Below, in pieces: positions 1 through 8,665 of a stretch of 26,388 bases of DNA (the stretch's first letter is position 1; every line of letters starts with the position of its first letter). A program made the position numbers and the translations under genes. Source of the DNA: Candidatus Micrarchaeota archaeon (GTDB lineage: Archaea > Micrarchaeota > Micrarchaeia > Norongarragalinales > SBBD01); assembly GCA_038046605.1 (NCBI GenBank), contig JBBSVW010000086.1, positions 1-26,388 on the forward strand, in the 5' to 3' direction. The notes below the pieces were generated by a model. It was not told the origin of the DNA. It was given only the letters and a program-made list of their open reading frames with translations, and did no database searches.

Positions 1-96
1 CTTTGGATATTCACCCTGCTTATTAAAGAACATTTTCTAAGGGAAATGGAGCCGGGAAAAAAAGGTAAAACAAGGTTAATGCAGGTGCAATAAAAC

Positions 97-576
97 ATGG
101 ATATATTCTCGCATATCGCATGGGCGTACCTTTTATTCTTCAGCGGAAGGGAGGACATGCTGCAGGGGCTGTTTTTCGGGATTTTTCCGGATATTGTCTT
201 TGTGGCCGTTGCGGTGCTTCTTTCAATTAACATGTTTGCAAGGAGCCGGGAGATTTCGGGGAATAAGCTATTTCCCATGGTTCGCAAATTCTATGCAGTC
301 TCACACAGCTTCATTACCGCCGCCGCATTTGGTGTTTTGGCATCGGTGCTATCCGGCGGATTTTACTTTCCCATTTTAGGCTGGTTTTTGCACATCCTGC
401 TTGATTTGTATACGCATAAGGGATCGCCAGTTGAGCCGCAGATGCCGTTTTACCCTTTTGAAAAGCCCGCTGTAAAGGGGTTCATTTGGTGGAGAAACCC
501 ATATTTCACAGCTGCAAACTGGGCGGCGATAATCATTGCCTATGTTTGGAAATTTGGGATGAAATTGCCATTTTGA
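97..576 (+). CDS. Membrane-bound metal-dependent hydrolase-like protein (YdjM-type)
   Basis: Hydrophobic 159 aa ORF with motifs near the family pattern: N-terminal SH, FPD, SHS, HILLD, and P-x-P-F-Y-P. Confidence 0.7.
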   Translation: MDIFSHIAWAYLLFFSGREDMLQGLFFGIFPDIVFVAVAVLLSINMFARSREISGNKLFPMVRKFYAVSHSFITAAAFGVLASVLSGGFYFPILGWFLHILLDLYTHKGSPVEPQMPFYPFEKPAVKGFIWWRNPYFTAANWAAIIIAYVWKFGMKLPF

Positions 577-612
577 AGGGATTGGATGCATTCCCAACTT
601 AGGGTGGAAAAA

Positions 613-1044
613 ATGAGGAATCTTAATGTGCTGTTGTTTTCCGGGATTGCAATCATAGGAATCTTCTTATTCGGTTGCACCAATAGTACCAGCCCGGAGG
701 TGCAGCCAATTTCCCTGCTTTTGTCTAATCCAGATGGTTTTTTTGATAGGACCATAGTTGTCGATGGGGAGGCGCAACCACGTCGGATAATGACCTGCAC
801 CGAAATGTATTGCCCCCCAACACAATGCTGCAATACTTGCGGCGGGATGCTGGCCTTAACTGATGAAGACGATGAATTGGCCCTTGTTTTTGAGGAATTC
901 GGGGAAACCAAATGCAGCGGCAACGAATGCGACTTGAAATGCAAACCCCTTGAGAACGGAAAAAAATACAGGGTAACGGGCAAATTCCTAAGGTCGGATG
1001 GAACTTATTACCTGAAAGTCGCCAATTATATAGGGGCAAAATAG
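613..1044 (+). CDS. Cys-rich putative lipoprotein, possible OB-fold
   Basis: ATG at 613 follows GGGTGG. Hydrophobic leader ends LFGC; contains CTEMYC..CCNTC and a C-terminal YRVTGKF strand. Confidence 0.65.
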   Translation: MRNLNVLLFSGIAIIGIFLFGCTNSTSPEVQPISLLLSNPDGFFDRTIVVDGEAQPRRIMTCTEMYCPPTQCCNTCGGMLALTDEDDELALVFEEFGETKCSGNECDLKCKPLENGKKYRVTGKFLRSDGTYYLKVANYIGAK

Positions 1045-1098
1045 GCAGCCAATATGGTTTTTTAACTGTTGCTTCCCTAATAATATCACTGATTCTTA

Positions 1099-1839
1099 AT
1101 GGAATTCATTTCCGAGGTAGTGGAGATTAGGGACTACCGCGATGAGGATAAGGTGCAGATGCGCACGGTAAAGGTCAGGCTTGCCCCGGATGCGAAATTC
1201 GACTATAAGGCGGGCCAATTTGCAATGCTTGCAATGGATGGCTTCATGCTTAGGGCAACCCCAAATGCGCTCAAATGGACCTCATACAGCATCGCCTCCT
1301 CGCCCAATCAGCAGGGTATTTTGGAATTCGTATTCAAAATCAAGGAATCCAATGGCTTTTCGCAATTTGTCAGGGACAATTTGCAGCTTGGGATGAAACT
1401 TAAAATCAGGGGGCCGTTTGGGAATTTTGTAAACGAAAAATCCATGCCCCATTTGATACTGGTGGCAACTGGCGCTGGAATAGCGCCAATAATTGGGATG
1501 ATACGTTTTCTTTTGCAAAACGGCTCTGCCCCCAAAACCACGCTCGTATATGGGTTTAGGAACTCCAATTATTTCGTCTACAAGGAGGAACTGGAGCAGT
1601 ACGCAAAGACCAACCAGAATTTCACCCTTGTTTCAACCTGCTCAAAGCCCGATTCCAAATGGCAGGGAAGGAAGGGGTATGTGCAGGAATCGCTCAAGGA
1701 TATGAGGTATGATGATCCGGGAAATACGCAGGTTTTCATTTGCGGAAACCCAATCATGGTATCGGAGGTAAGAAGGCTGATGCACGAAAAGGGGCTCCCG
1801 ATTGGGAATTTGCATATTGAGCAGTGGGAAGGGGCGTAA
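1099..1839 (+). CDS. FAD/NAD(P)-binding oxidoreductase, ferredoxin-NADP reductase-like
   Basis: Motifs YKAGQF, SYSIAS, GPFGNF, VATGAGIAP, FICGNPIMV and terminal EQW. Confidence 0.9.
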   Translation: MEFISEVVEIRDYRDEDKVQMRTVKVRLAPDAKFDYKAGQFAMLAMDGFMLRATPNALKWTSYSIASSPNQQGILEFVFKIKESNGFSQFVRDNLQLGMKLKIRGPFGNFVNEKSMPHLILVATGAGIAPIIGMIRFLLQNGSAPKTTLVYGFRNSNYFVYKEELEQYAKTNQNFTLVSTCSKPDSKWQGRKGYVQESLKDMRYDDPGNTQVFICGNPIMVSEVRRLMHEKGLPIGNLHIEQWEGA

Positions 1840-1974
1840 AGGGCGCAACTGATTAAAATTACGGAAAAAAAGCAGTTTAGCCCGGGTAATAAAAGGCTGA
1901 TAAATATTTGGGGGCGCTAAAAAAAATTATTCGGCATAAGAAAAAAAATATATAAAAATGCCGCCGTATCGATA

Positions 1975-2126
1975 TATAGCGGTTAAGTAAAATATTGGAA
2001 CTATGAAATATTACGCAGACGCCCGAAGCGTCTGCTAATGCTAAGAAGCCTCGCAGGCTTCTGACGCAAAACCGCTATATGAGAATAAGGCAACAAAATG
2101 TTCCAATAATTGCCTTATTCGCTATA
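1975..2126 (-). repeat. TATA-bounded double-palindrome element (MITE-like), copy 1, inverted, with a ~57 bp twin-hairpin insertion
   Basis: Reverse complement TATAGCGAATAAGGCAATTATTGGAAC...TGCCTTATTCTCATATAGCGGTTTT...TATTTTACTTAACCGCTATA matches the copies at 18019 and 19799. Confidence 0.9.
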
Positions 2127-2159
2127 AAATTTTAAAAAACGCAGTAACAATAATATAAA

Positions 2160-2184
2160 ATATAAAAAACCCCAATAAGGGTTT
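2160..2184 (-). terminator. Putative terminator after the small basic ORF
   Basis: Minus strand reads AAACCC-TTATTG-GGGTTT followed by a T-rich tract, directly at the stop of 2183..2290. Confidence 0.45.
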
Positions 2185-2290
2185 ATTCGTGCCGCTTCCT
2201 TCTCGACGTCTTTGAGGTTTTGCGGAACTTGATCTTCTTAAGCCTCCTTGCCAATTCCTTGCGGCGCCTCCTTGCCTTGGTTTTCAACAT
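2183..2290 (-). CDS. 35-aa highly basic peptide (not in ORF track)
   Basis: Manual translation MLKTKARRRRKELARRLKKIKFRKTSKTSRRKRHE*. GAGGTG RBS at 2299-2304 on the minus strand; terminator-like sequence downstream. Confidence 0.75.
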   Translation of the reverse strand: MLKTKARRRRKELARRLKKIKFRKTSKTSRRKRHE

Positions 2291-2455
2291 CAAAAAAACA
2301 CCTCAAAATGTTAGTTTGCCTATTAGGGGGATTGATTTATTTAAGGCTTGGGAAAAGGAATTGAAACCGGCAATTCCGGAAAAGTAAGGAATTGACCGGA
2401 AAAAGGGGGGCTGGATAAATAGCGAAACCGGGGCTTAATTGGCAAATCCCAATAA

Positions 2456-3004
2456 TCACTTTTCCTCGGAGGAATAAGCCCGCCATCTTGTTTTAATGAA
2501 CGAGGCGATGAGGAGGGGGCCAAAGATGCCGCCCAGGAGGAAATCGCTTTGCGTTGCAATCCAGGCAAATGAGAGGATCGCGGAAAACTTGACATAATTG
2601 TGCGTTGCGGCTGAAAAATAGTAATCAAGCGATATGAATATTTTTCCCTTCACGCGTTTTGGCATAAGCTCCATTTCCCGCATGTGCGTCAAATGCTCGA
2701 AATTGATCGATAGGTACATGAACATGGCAAATCCGGCGGCAAAATCATACCAGAATTTGTCCTTCGGATAAAAGTAGAGCGCGGAAAGCAGTATTATCAG
2801 GAATAGCAGGAAGGAAAAATGCCTCCAATCCTTAAAGCCGTGTGCAACGTCCTTTTGCCATCTGGGGTTTGCCTCGTAGCTTTCAAGCACCATGAACCTG
2901 CGGCCAAATCGCAGGTAATTATTGTATGCCCAAACCGTCAGGTAGGAGTCGAAAAATTTGAGGAAAACCAGTATCGGGATCAGGAAGGTCAATTCGACGA
3001 ACAT
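2456..3004 (-). CDS. Hypothetical integral membrane protein (DUF5658-like D-x-x-x-T...EANP motif)
   Basis: Several hydrophobic segments; FFDSYLT and EANP motifs. Confidence 0.6.
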   Translation of the reverse strand: MFVELTFLIPILVFLKFFDSYLTVWAYNNYLRFGRRFMVLESYEANPRWQKDVAHGFKDWRHFSFLLFLIILLSALYFYPKDKFWYDFAAGFAMFMYLSINFEHLTHMREMELMPKRVKGKIFISLDYYFSAATHNYVKFSAILSFAWIATQSDFLLGGIFGPLLIASFIKTRWRAYSSEEK

Positions 3005-3017
3005 GGTGCTTACCCTT

Positions 3018-3293
3018 TTATTGCTTAAGCCTATTGGCTACTTGCCTTGCGTGCTGCGCAAGATGCGATCTGTACTTGCGATGCTGATGGGAAGTGAAAA
3101 AGAAGGCCATGAATGAGGCAACCATCACCGCCCCAACGGCCTCAAGCGGGAAATCCGTTGGGCGCATAATTGGCTTTCCCCCGAAAAAATTGTAGGTGAA
3201 AATAAGCAGGTACGAAAGGGCAAGCACAAGAAAGGTCTTAACGCCGGCATCAATGAGCCGGTTTTCATACCAAACGCCGAATAATCTTTCCAT
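3018..3293 (-). CDS. Small hypothetical membrane protein with two TM segments
   Basis: ATG at 3293 preceded by GGAGGTG; two hydrophobic stretches and a basic tail. Confidence 0.65.
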   Translation of the reverse strand: MERLFGVWYENRLIDAGVKTFLVLALSYLLIFTYNFFGGKPIMRPTDFPLEAVGAVMVASFMAFFFTSHQHRKYRSHLAQHARQVANRLKQ

Positions 3294-3492
3294 ATGGCAC
3301 CTCCCTTCTATCACTCAAGGGGCGCTTATAAATTTATTCATATTGGGGGGATTTGGAAAAAAGGGCAAAAAACTCATCCGTGGGTTAATGATGGCGATGG
3401 ATTGGGCCCTGCATTACCAAAAGCAAACATTTAATGAAGGGATGTGAAAATGCAATAAAGCCCATTTCAATCAAATATTGAGCAGATATTGG

Positions 3493-4221
3493 TTAAATAT
3501 CATCGCTTCCCTTTCTTGAAACCCGCGAGAATGCGCTGTAAATCAGGAGCATGAATATGAAAATTCCGGCCAGCAATATGAATGTGGTGATCCGGTAGTC
3601 CTTGAAGGCACCCTGCGCGCTTACCTGATCGCCGGTTATCTCAAGGAGCTTTACGCCGTCAAGCTCGGAAACACCCTCACTAAACTTATCGACATCCAGC
3701 ACCTTGGATGGCTGGAATTCAATTGATATTTTCTTTTCGGCAGCAAACCCGGCAACAGCCCGGGTGCATGCGTTGTTATCCGCCATATTGGTTATTTTAT
3801 CAAGGGTTGCATCTTCCGAGAATTTCACGCCGTATTTTTCGAGGCCCAAAACCAGCTCATTTTGGGAATTGATCTCGTCAAAGAGCCTTTTTGCCTGCGA
3901 TTCGGATTCCAGGCAGGCAGAGCGCACAAGTGCGGATGGGGCGATTTTAGATATGCAGTTGTTCCATTCGGATAGGGGGATTTGCCAGTACTCATTATAA
4001 AAGCTCCCGGGCCGGAACTGTGCTATTTCAGGGCAGTTTTCACGGACCAAATCCCGTGGGCCCCCAAGCCCGTAATGCGCCTGTATCACAAGCAGGGGCG
4101 ATGCAATTAGGAGCGGGGTTGATTTGAGCTCTATTCCATACGAATAGGCATCGAAGGCAAAAAATAGGGCAACAATGAGGATTATGAAGCCGGCAATGAA
4201 GCCAAGGGACATAGTTATCAT
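3493..4221 (-). CDS. Hypothetical membrane-anchored protein
   Basis: 242 aa ORF with N- and C-terminal hydrophobic helices and a Cys-containing central domain. Confidence 0.65.
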   Translation of the reverse strand: MITMSLGFIAGFIILIVALFFAFDAYSYGIELKSTPLLIASPLLVIQAHYGLGGPRDLVRENCPEIAQFRPGSFYNEYWQIPLSEWNNCISKIAPSALVRSACLESESQAKRLFDEINSQNELVLGLEKYGVKFSEDATLDKITNMADNNACTRAVAGFAAEKKISIEFQPSKVLDVDKFSEGVSELDGVKLLEITGDQVSAQGAFKDYRITTFILLAGIFIFMLLIYSAFSRVSRKGSDDI

Positions 4222-4303
4222 TTATCCTAAGCGCAAAGTGGTATAAATATGTGAGGTAAAAAAGTTGGTTTTTAATGCGGGCCGTTTTACAATGATTTAC
4301 GCC

Positions 4304-4546
4304 CTATTTTTTCTTTTGGGTTTGGGCGTTAGCTTTTCGTAATTCATGTATGTGCTGTGAAAGGTCCGTCAATGTGTGCAAATCCCTCTCAACTGCTTTT
4401 TTTTGCCTTGGAATATTGGCATTTTCACCAAGGAAAAGCCTTGTTGCCTTATTGAACCCACCTCCCATTGAAATCCCCATTTCAGCGCATCTTGCCTTAA
4501 ATTGCCTAAAAAGGAGCTCGTCCAAGCGCCTTATCGTCACATCCAT
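4304..4546 (-). CDS. Ribbon-helix-helix (FitA/CopG-like) DNA-binding protein
   Basis: MDVTIRRLDELLFRQFKARCAEMGISMG fits the RHH pattern; GGAGG RBS precedes the ATG at 4546. Confidence 0.65.
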   Translation of the reverse strand: MDVTIRRLDELLFRQFKARCAEMGISMGGGFNKATRLFLGENANIPRQKKAVERDLHTLTDLSQHIHELRKANAQTQKKK

Positions 4547-4562
4547 ATTTACCGCCTCCATT

Positions 4563-4624
4563 ACGCATACAACGCATCTTTATCATATATTTATGCTATT
4601 GCAAACATAGCATATAACGCATAC
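4563..4624. promoter_or_regulatory. Candidate operator upstream of the RHH gene
   Basis: ACGCAT at 4563, 4572 and 4617, plus inverted repeat TATGCTAT(4592-4599)/ATAGCATA(4607-4614). Confidence 0.4.
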
Positions 4625-4706
4625 TGAGTATATTAATCTTTCGACTATGATGGTCTTGTACAAAAACTACCCCTGTTTTGGGGCTTTTAGGCAGAATTAG
4701 TAAAGG

Positions 4707-4892
4707 TTGCTGTTCCGCCCGATTTCCACCAAAGGCTGCTTATCGACCAACAGGCTGGCGGAAATTGAGGCAATCAACTGGAACGCAGCAGATGCGCACA
4801 TCAACAAACTGCATCGGTTAGGCTTGGTCAAGAAATGCCCGGTTCACAGGCATCATTCTGAGCAGTCCTACTGGCGGATAAACCGATATTGA
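4707..4892 (+). pseudogene. Possible truncated winged-helix protein
   Basis: LSTNRLAEIEAINWNAADAHINKLHRLGLVKK...YW resembles a wHTH. Only a TTG start, located just after in-frame stops. Confidence 0.3.
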
Positions 4893-4955
4893 AAGCAGAT
4901 TGTAAAGTTTTTTAAATTCCGCAACTTTTATTATTCCGTAGGTTTGGGTGATACA

Positions 4956-6110
4956 ATGAAGTTGCCATTGGTCTTATTGGTTCTTTTCGTTTCTGTTTTG
5001 CTCTTCGGCTGCACTCAAAAAACCGAACAAATTCCATCCCCAAGTCCAACGATTCAGACTGAAACATCAACTCCATCCGCAACCCCGATTGCGTCTTTGC
5101 AAGTTCTTTCTGATGAACCTGTCAAAGTTGTTACCAAATTTTTCGAGCTTGGAGAAGCGAAAGCCAATCCTGCGGCATTTAATCTGCTTTCTTCAAATTC
5201 GGTTATTAGGAAAGAGTTAACCCGAGGAACATATTTCAGATTCTTGATGGTTCCAAACGCCCGAACAGAAGGAGAGAATTCCAGTTTGGATAAAAACATC
5301 TTGGAAGTTGCAAAGTTAAAGGTGCTTTCTATTCGAGGAAACACAGCCTATGTAGGAATACTTCCAAAAAATGATACTAGCATCGAGGACTTTCAAATTC
5401 TTATTCCAAACAAGCAGGGAGTTATTGGAACGGTTATTGTAGTTCAGGAGAACGGCAAATGGCTGGTTGATGATATTATAGCATACCCTGATTTTGGTTT
5501 GGATGACCCGGGTTTGCTGCCAGATATTCTTGTTTTAAGTGATGCAGACCTCAAAGCTGAAAATTGCCAAAATCTTATGTCCACTTATTCCTATCCCGAC
5601 AAAGAAAAGTTAGTCCGCATTTGCAGGCAACAAATTGCCTTGCTTAAAGGAGATATTTCTGAATGCAAAACAATCGATGCCAACGGCTCTGAAAAACTTG
5701 ACTCTAATTGCGTGTTTGCGGTTGCAAAAGCGAAAGGAGACGCAACTATGTGCGAAAAAATTGACCCAAAGGCATACGGGCAATTGGGCTGGCTACGAAA
5801 TGACTGCCTGAAATATTTTGCAGAAAAAAATAATGACCCGAGCCTATGCGATAAGCTTAATCTTGCAGATGGGGTTGGCACGATTTGGGAGGAAAGAAAG
5901 GACATCTGTATGCTGCCGCTGGCCATACTTAACAAAGACGTTACGATTTGCGATAAAATGGTCGCTAAAAGAGAGGATAGAAGCTACCAATTTAATTGCT
6001 ATTTTCAGTTGGCAAGAATATTGAAACAACCCGAACTTTGTCATAAATTCCCCCCATATTTCAACATTACCTCGAACCTAAACCTGTGTCTTAATTCTTC
6101 GAAAGGTTAG
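4956..6110 (+). CDS. Putative lipoprotein with C-terminal Cys-rich repeats
   Basis: GGTGA RBS then ATG at 4956; LLFGC leader; Pro/Thr linker; repeated C-x-x-x-x-A-x-x-x-x-D-x-x-x-C units. Confidence 0.8.
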   Translation: MKLPLVLLVLFVSVLLFGCTQKTEQIPSPSPTIQTETSTPSATPIASLQVLSDEPVKVVTKFFELGEAKANPAAFNLLSSNSVIRKELTRGTYFRFLMVPNARTEGENSSLDKNILEVAKLKVLSIRGNTAYVGILPKNDTSIEDFQILIPNKQGVIGTVIVVQENGKWLVDDIIAYPDFGLDDPGLLPDILVLSDADLKAENCQNLMSTYSYPDKEKLVRICRQQIALLKGDISECKTIDANGSEKLDSNCVFAVAKAKGDATMCEKIDPKAYGQLGWLRNDCLKYFAEKNNDPSLCDKLNLADGVGTIWEERKDICMLPLAILNKDVTICDKMVAKREDRSYQFNCYFQLARILKQPELCHKFPPYFNITSNLNLCLNSSKG

Positions 6111-6140
6111 TTTTTTATAGAAAGAAAGGGCATGGATTGT

Positions 6141-6419
6141 ATGGCTTTGATTAAATTTTAGCCGGCAAAAACACTCACAATCATTTACACGATACTCTAT
6201 TCAATATGCTTCGTAGTGTTTCTCGTATTGGCAAAAAATGCCCTTTATGCTACTCTTTTTGGCTTCATAGCAATCATTACAATTACGGGAACCTATCTTA
6301 TGTGACGGGAGAAATTCGTCTATGCAGAATGGCTTTTTGCAATTGCAGGGATTCTGACCTTCCCGCTTGGAGGACCGCTTGCTGCTTGCGCAATGCCCCT
6401 TTGGGTTGGTCATTTTTAA
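6141..6419 (+). pseudogene. Disrupted small membrane protein gene
   Basis: One frame reads MALIKF*PAKTLTIIYTILYSICFVVFLVLAKNALYATLFGFIAIITITGTYLM*REKFVYAEWLFAIAGILTFPLGG..., with TAG at 6159-6161 and TGA at 6303-6305. Confidence 0.55.
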
Positions 6420-6475
6420 ATGGATCGCGGCATAACCATTCACTGATTTTCAATTCCAATATGTTTGGTGGTCAA

Positions 6476-7168
6476 ATGTCACGGGAGGTAGTAATGCCAG
6501 GGGAGCACCTTGGGATGGAGGAGGAGTTTTTTGGCAATGAGCTAACTGTTGCGGATAATGGAGACCTTTTTTCCACGGTTCTTGGGGAAAAAAAGCTTTT
6601 GAACCGGCAAATGCAGATAACCTCCCGCAAGGTCGCAAGGATGCTGCAACAGGGCGATTATGTGCTGGGCAGGGTGCATGATTTGTATGATTCGGTTTCC
6701 CTAATCATTATCGAAAGCGCCGACGGGATGAAAAAAATGAATCTGGCGCAGGAAAATAATGCCTTAGAAAGCGAAGATGGAATTAGGAATGCTACAGGCG
6801 GGGGATTGCAGGAAAAGCAAGCCTTGGGCGCTTTTCTTGGCAGCCCAATTACAATGGATATTGACATATCCCAGCGCAAGGCAATTGGAAGCACTTATGC
6901 TTACATAAGAATCACCGAACTTGTCCGCGGAGGCGGATATGTGCGCAATTTCCGGGAGCACATAAAAATCGGCGATCTTTTGCTTGCGCGGGTAATCGAG
7001 GTAAATCCCCTTGGCACCTACCTAAGCATTGCCGATGAGGGCCTTGGCGTCCTTAAGGCAAACTGCTCGCTTTGCAGGGGACATTTGTCCGAAAGGGGGC
7101 GGATCCTTGTTTGCAACGGATGCGGAAACAAGGAAAGCCGAAAGCTGGCGATAGTTTCACCGGAATGA
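6476..7168 (+). CDS. csl4: Exosome complex RNA-binding protein Csl4
   Basis: VMPGEHLG N-terminus; S1 domain (GDYVLGRV, IKIGDLLLARV); GLGVLKANCSLC...CNGCGNKESRKLA zinc ribbon; GGTGG RBS before ATG 6476. Confidence 0.92.
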   Translation: MSREVVMPGEHLGMEEEFFGNELTVADNGDLFSTVLGEKKLLNRQMQITSRKVARMLQQGDYVLGRVHDLYDSVSLIIIESADGMKKMNLAQENNALESEDGIRNATGGGLQEKQALGAFLGSPITMDIDISQRKAIGSTYAYIRITELVRGGGYVRNFREHIKIGDLLLARVIEVNPLGTYLSIADEGLGVLKANCSLCRGHLSERGRILVCNGCGNKESRKLAIVSPE

Positions 7169-7193
7169 ATGGGCCATAAAACTTGGCTTCTAA

Positions 7194-8651
7194 GTGGTAA
7201 AATTGGAATATTCCTTTAGGGAACTAATGGAGAAAGCAAGGGAAAAAACCAATTGGAATTATTTGGGCAAATGGGTCCAGCCACCGCTTTTCACCTCGTA
7301 TTGGCGAAATTTTGGCGAAAGGGATGGCTATTTGGCACTTGGCCTTCCGGAAATTTCCGGCAGCCTGCTTTACCTTGACGGGCATCACCTAATGCTTTCG
7401 CGGGAGGTTTTGTTGCTTGAGGAAGGCGCAACAAAGGCGCTTATTGAAGAGGATAGGGGATTTTTCCAGAAAATTTTCAGGGAATCGGATAGGATAACAA
7501 AAAATTACCTCAAATTCACGCAGGGGATGAAATTTGATGGATCAAGCGCGGGGGATGTTTTTAGGGAATTTTCAAGCAAAACCGATGAAATGTTTTGCCC
7601 ATGGATGGCTGCATTCCTTTTGGGCCCATTTGTCACAAGATTCCTTGATTTGGAACTTGAGAAGGAAAACCTCATCCAAATGGACCTGCTTTCCCACTTC
7701 AACCTGCCCAGGCCCACATTCCTAATTCAACAGGAACGGGAGGTGCGCGCATTCAAAAAGCAGTTTGAGGCTCTTGAAATTTCCCATATGCTTGAGGAGC
7801 CCCCAAAACGCGCCATAACAATGCTCATGAACACCCATCCGCAGCTTGCCAGAGGCCTCAAATTCCACATGGCGGAATACGAATGGGTGGGAACGCACCA
7901 TTGCTGGGGGGATCCGTTAACCCCCGAAAGGCTGTTTTTTCAGATTAGGGAGGCAATAAATGCCCCAAGAGCCCAGAGCAGGGAAATAGCCATTTCAGGC
8001 AGGCTCGAATACCTCATTTCCTTGGTGAAGGAATTTGCGTATTGGAGGCAATTTTGCGCGGAATGCTCCGCAATTGGCCTATTCAGGGCAAGGGGGCTTC
8101 TAAAAGAGGCAGCAAGCCATTTGGGCATTGGCTATGATGATATTATTTGGCTGACAAAAGGTGAAATATCCAAGGCGCTTGAAAAAAATTCACGCCAGCC
8201 ATTGGCAAAAGTAAGGGGCCGGCGAAAAATTTACGGTTATTTTCCGGATGGGGAAGGGGAGGAGGTAATCGGGGGGGGAAAGGTAACCCAGCTCATAGCA
8301 CGGCTTGTGCCAAAATTCGATTTCGAGCAAAAGCAGCTTTATGGAACTGTTGGAAGCATGGGCGAGGCAAAGGGCAGGGTATTTGTCGCCTTCACCCCGC
8401 TTGAGGCAATCCCAATGAGAAAAGGGGACATTTTGGTTGTCCCCCAAACAACACCCGATTATGTGATGGTCATGAAGAAGGCGGCGGCAATTGTCACCGA
8501 TGAGGGGGGGATCACATGCCACGCCGCAATTGTCAGCAGGGAACTAGGCATCCCCTGCATCGTTGGGACAAAAATAGGGACCAGCATGCTAAAAACGGGC
8601 GATAGGGTTGAAGTGGACGCCAATCGGGGTATTATTCGCAAATTAGATTGA
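7194..8651 (+). CDS. Protein with a C-terminal PEP-utilising enzyme mobile (phospho-His) domain
   Basis: GDILV..TTPDY..AAIVTDEGGITCHAAIVSRELGIPCIVG. The N-terminal ~370 aa are unassigned; no PEP synthase ATP-grasp domain recognised. Confidence 0.85.
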   Translation: MVKLEYSFRELMEKAREKTNWNYLGKWVQPPLFTSYWRNFGERDGYLALGLPEISGSLLYLDGHHLMLSREVLLLEEGATKALIEEDRGFFQKIFRESDRITKNYLKFTQGMKFDGSSAGDVFREFSSKTDEMFCPWMAAFLLGPFVTRFLDLELEKENLIQMDLLSHFNLPRPTFLIQQEREVRAFKKQFEALEISHMLEEPPKRAITMLMNTHPQLARGLKFHMAEYEWVGTHHCWGDPLTPERLFFQIREAINAPRAQSREIAISGRLEYLISLVKEFAYWRQFCAECSAIGLFRARGLLKEAASHLGIGYDDIIWLTKGEISKALEKNSRQPLAKVRGRRKIYGYFPDGEGEEVIGGGKVTQLIARLVPKFDFEQKQLYGTVGSMGEAKGRVFVAFTPLEAIPMRKGDILVVPQTTPDYVMVMKKAAAIVTDEGGITCHAAIVSRELGIPCIVGTKIGTSMLKTGDRVEVDANRGIIRKLD

Positions 8652-8665
8652 TTCGCAAATCAAAT

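Noticed and set aside
6141-6419. Stop-codon reassignment or Sec/Pyl read-through
   Set aside because: Two different stops interrupt the frame, and intact genes in this window end with TAG, TGA and TAA. Pseudogenisation is simpler.
6206-6475. N-terminal extension of Csl4 in the ORF track
   Set aside because: The Csl4 pattern starts at ATG 6476 with an RBS; the extension overlaps a better hydrophobic frame.
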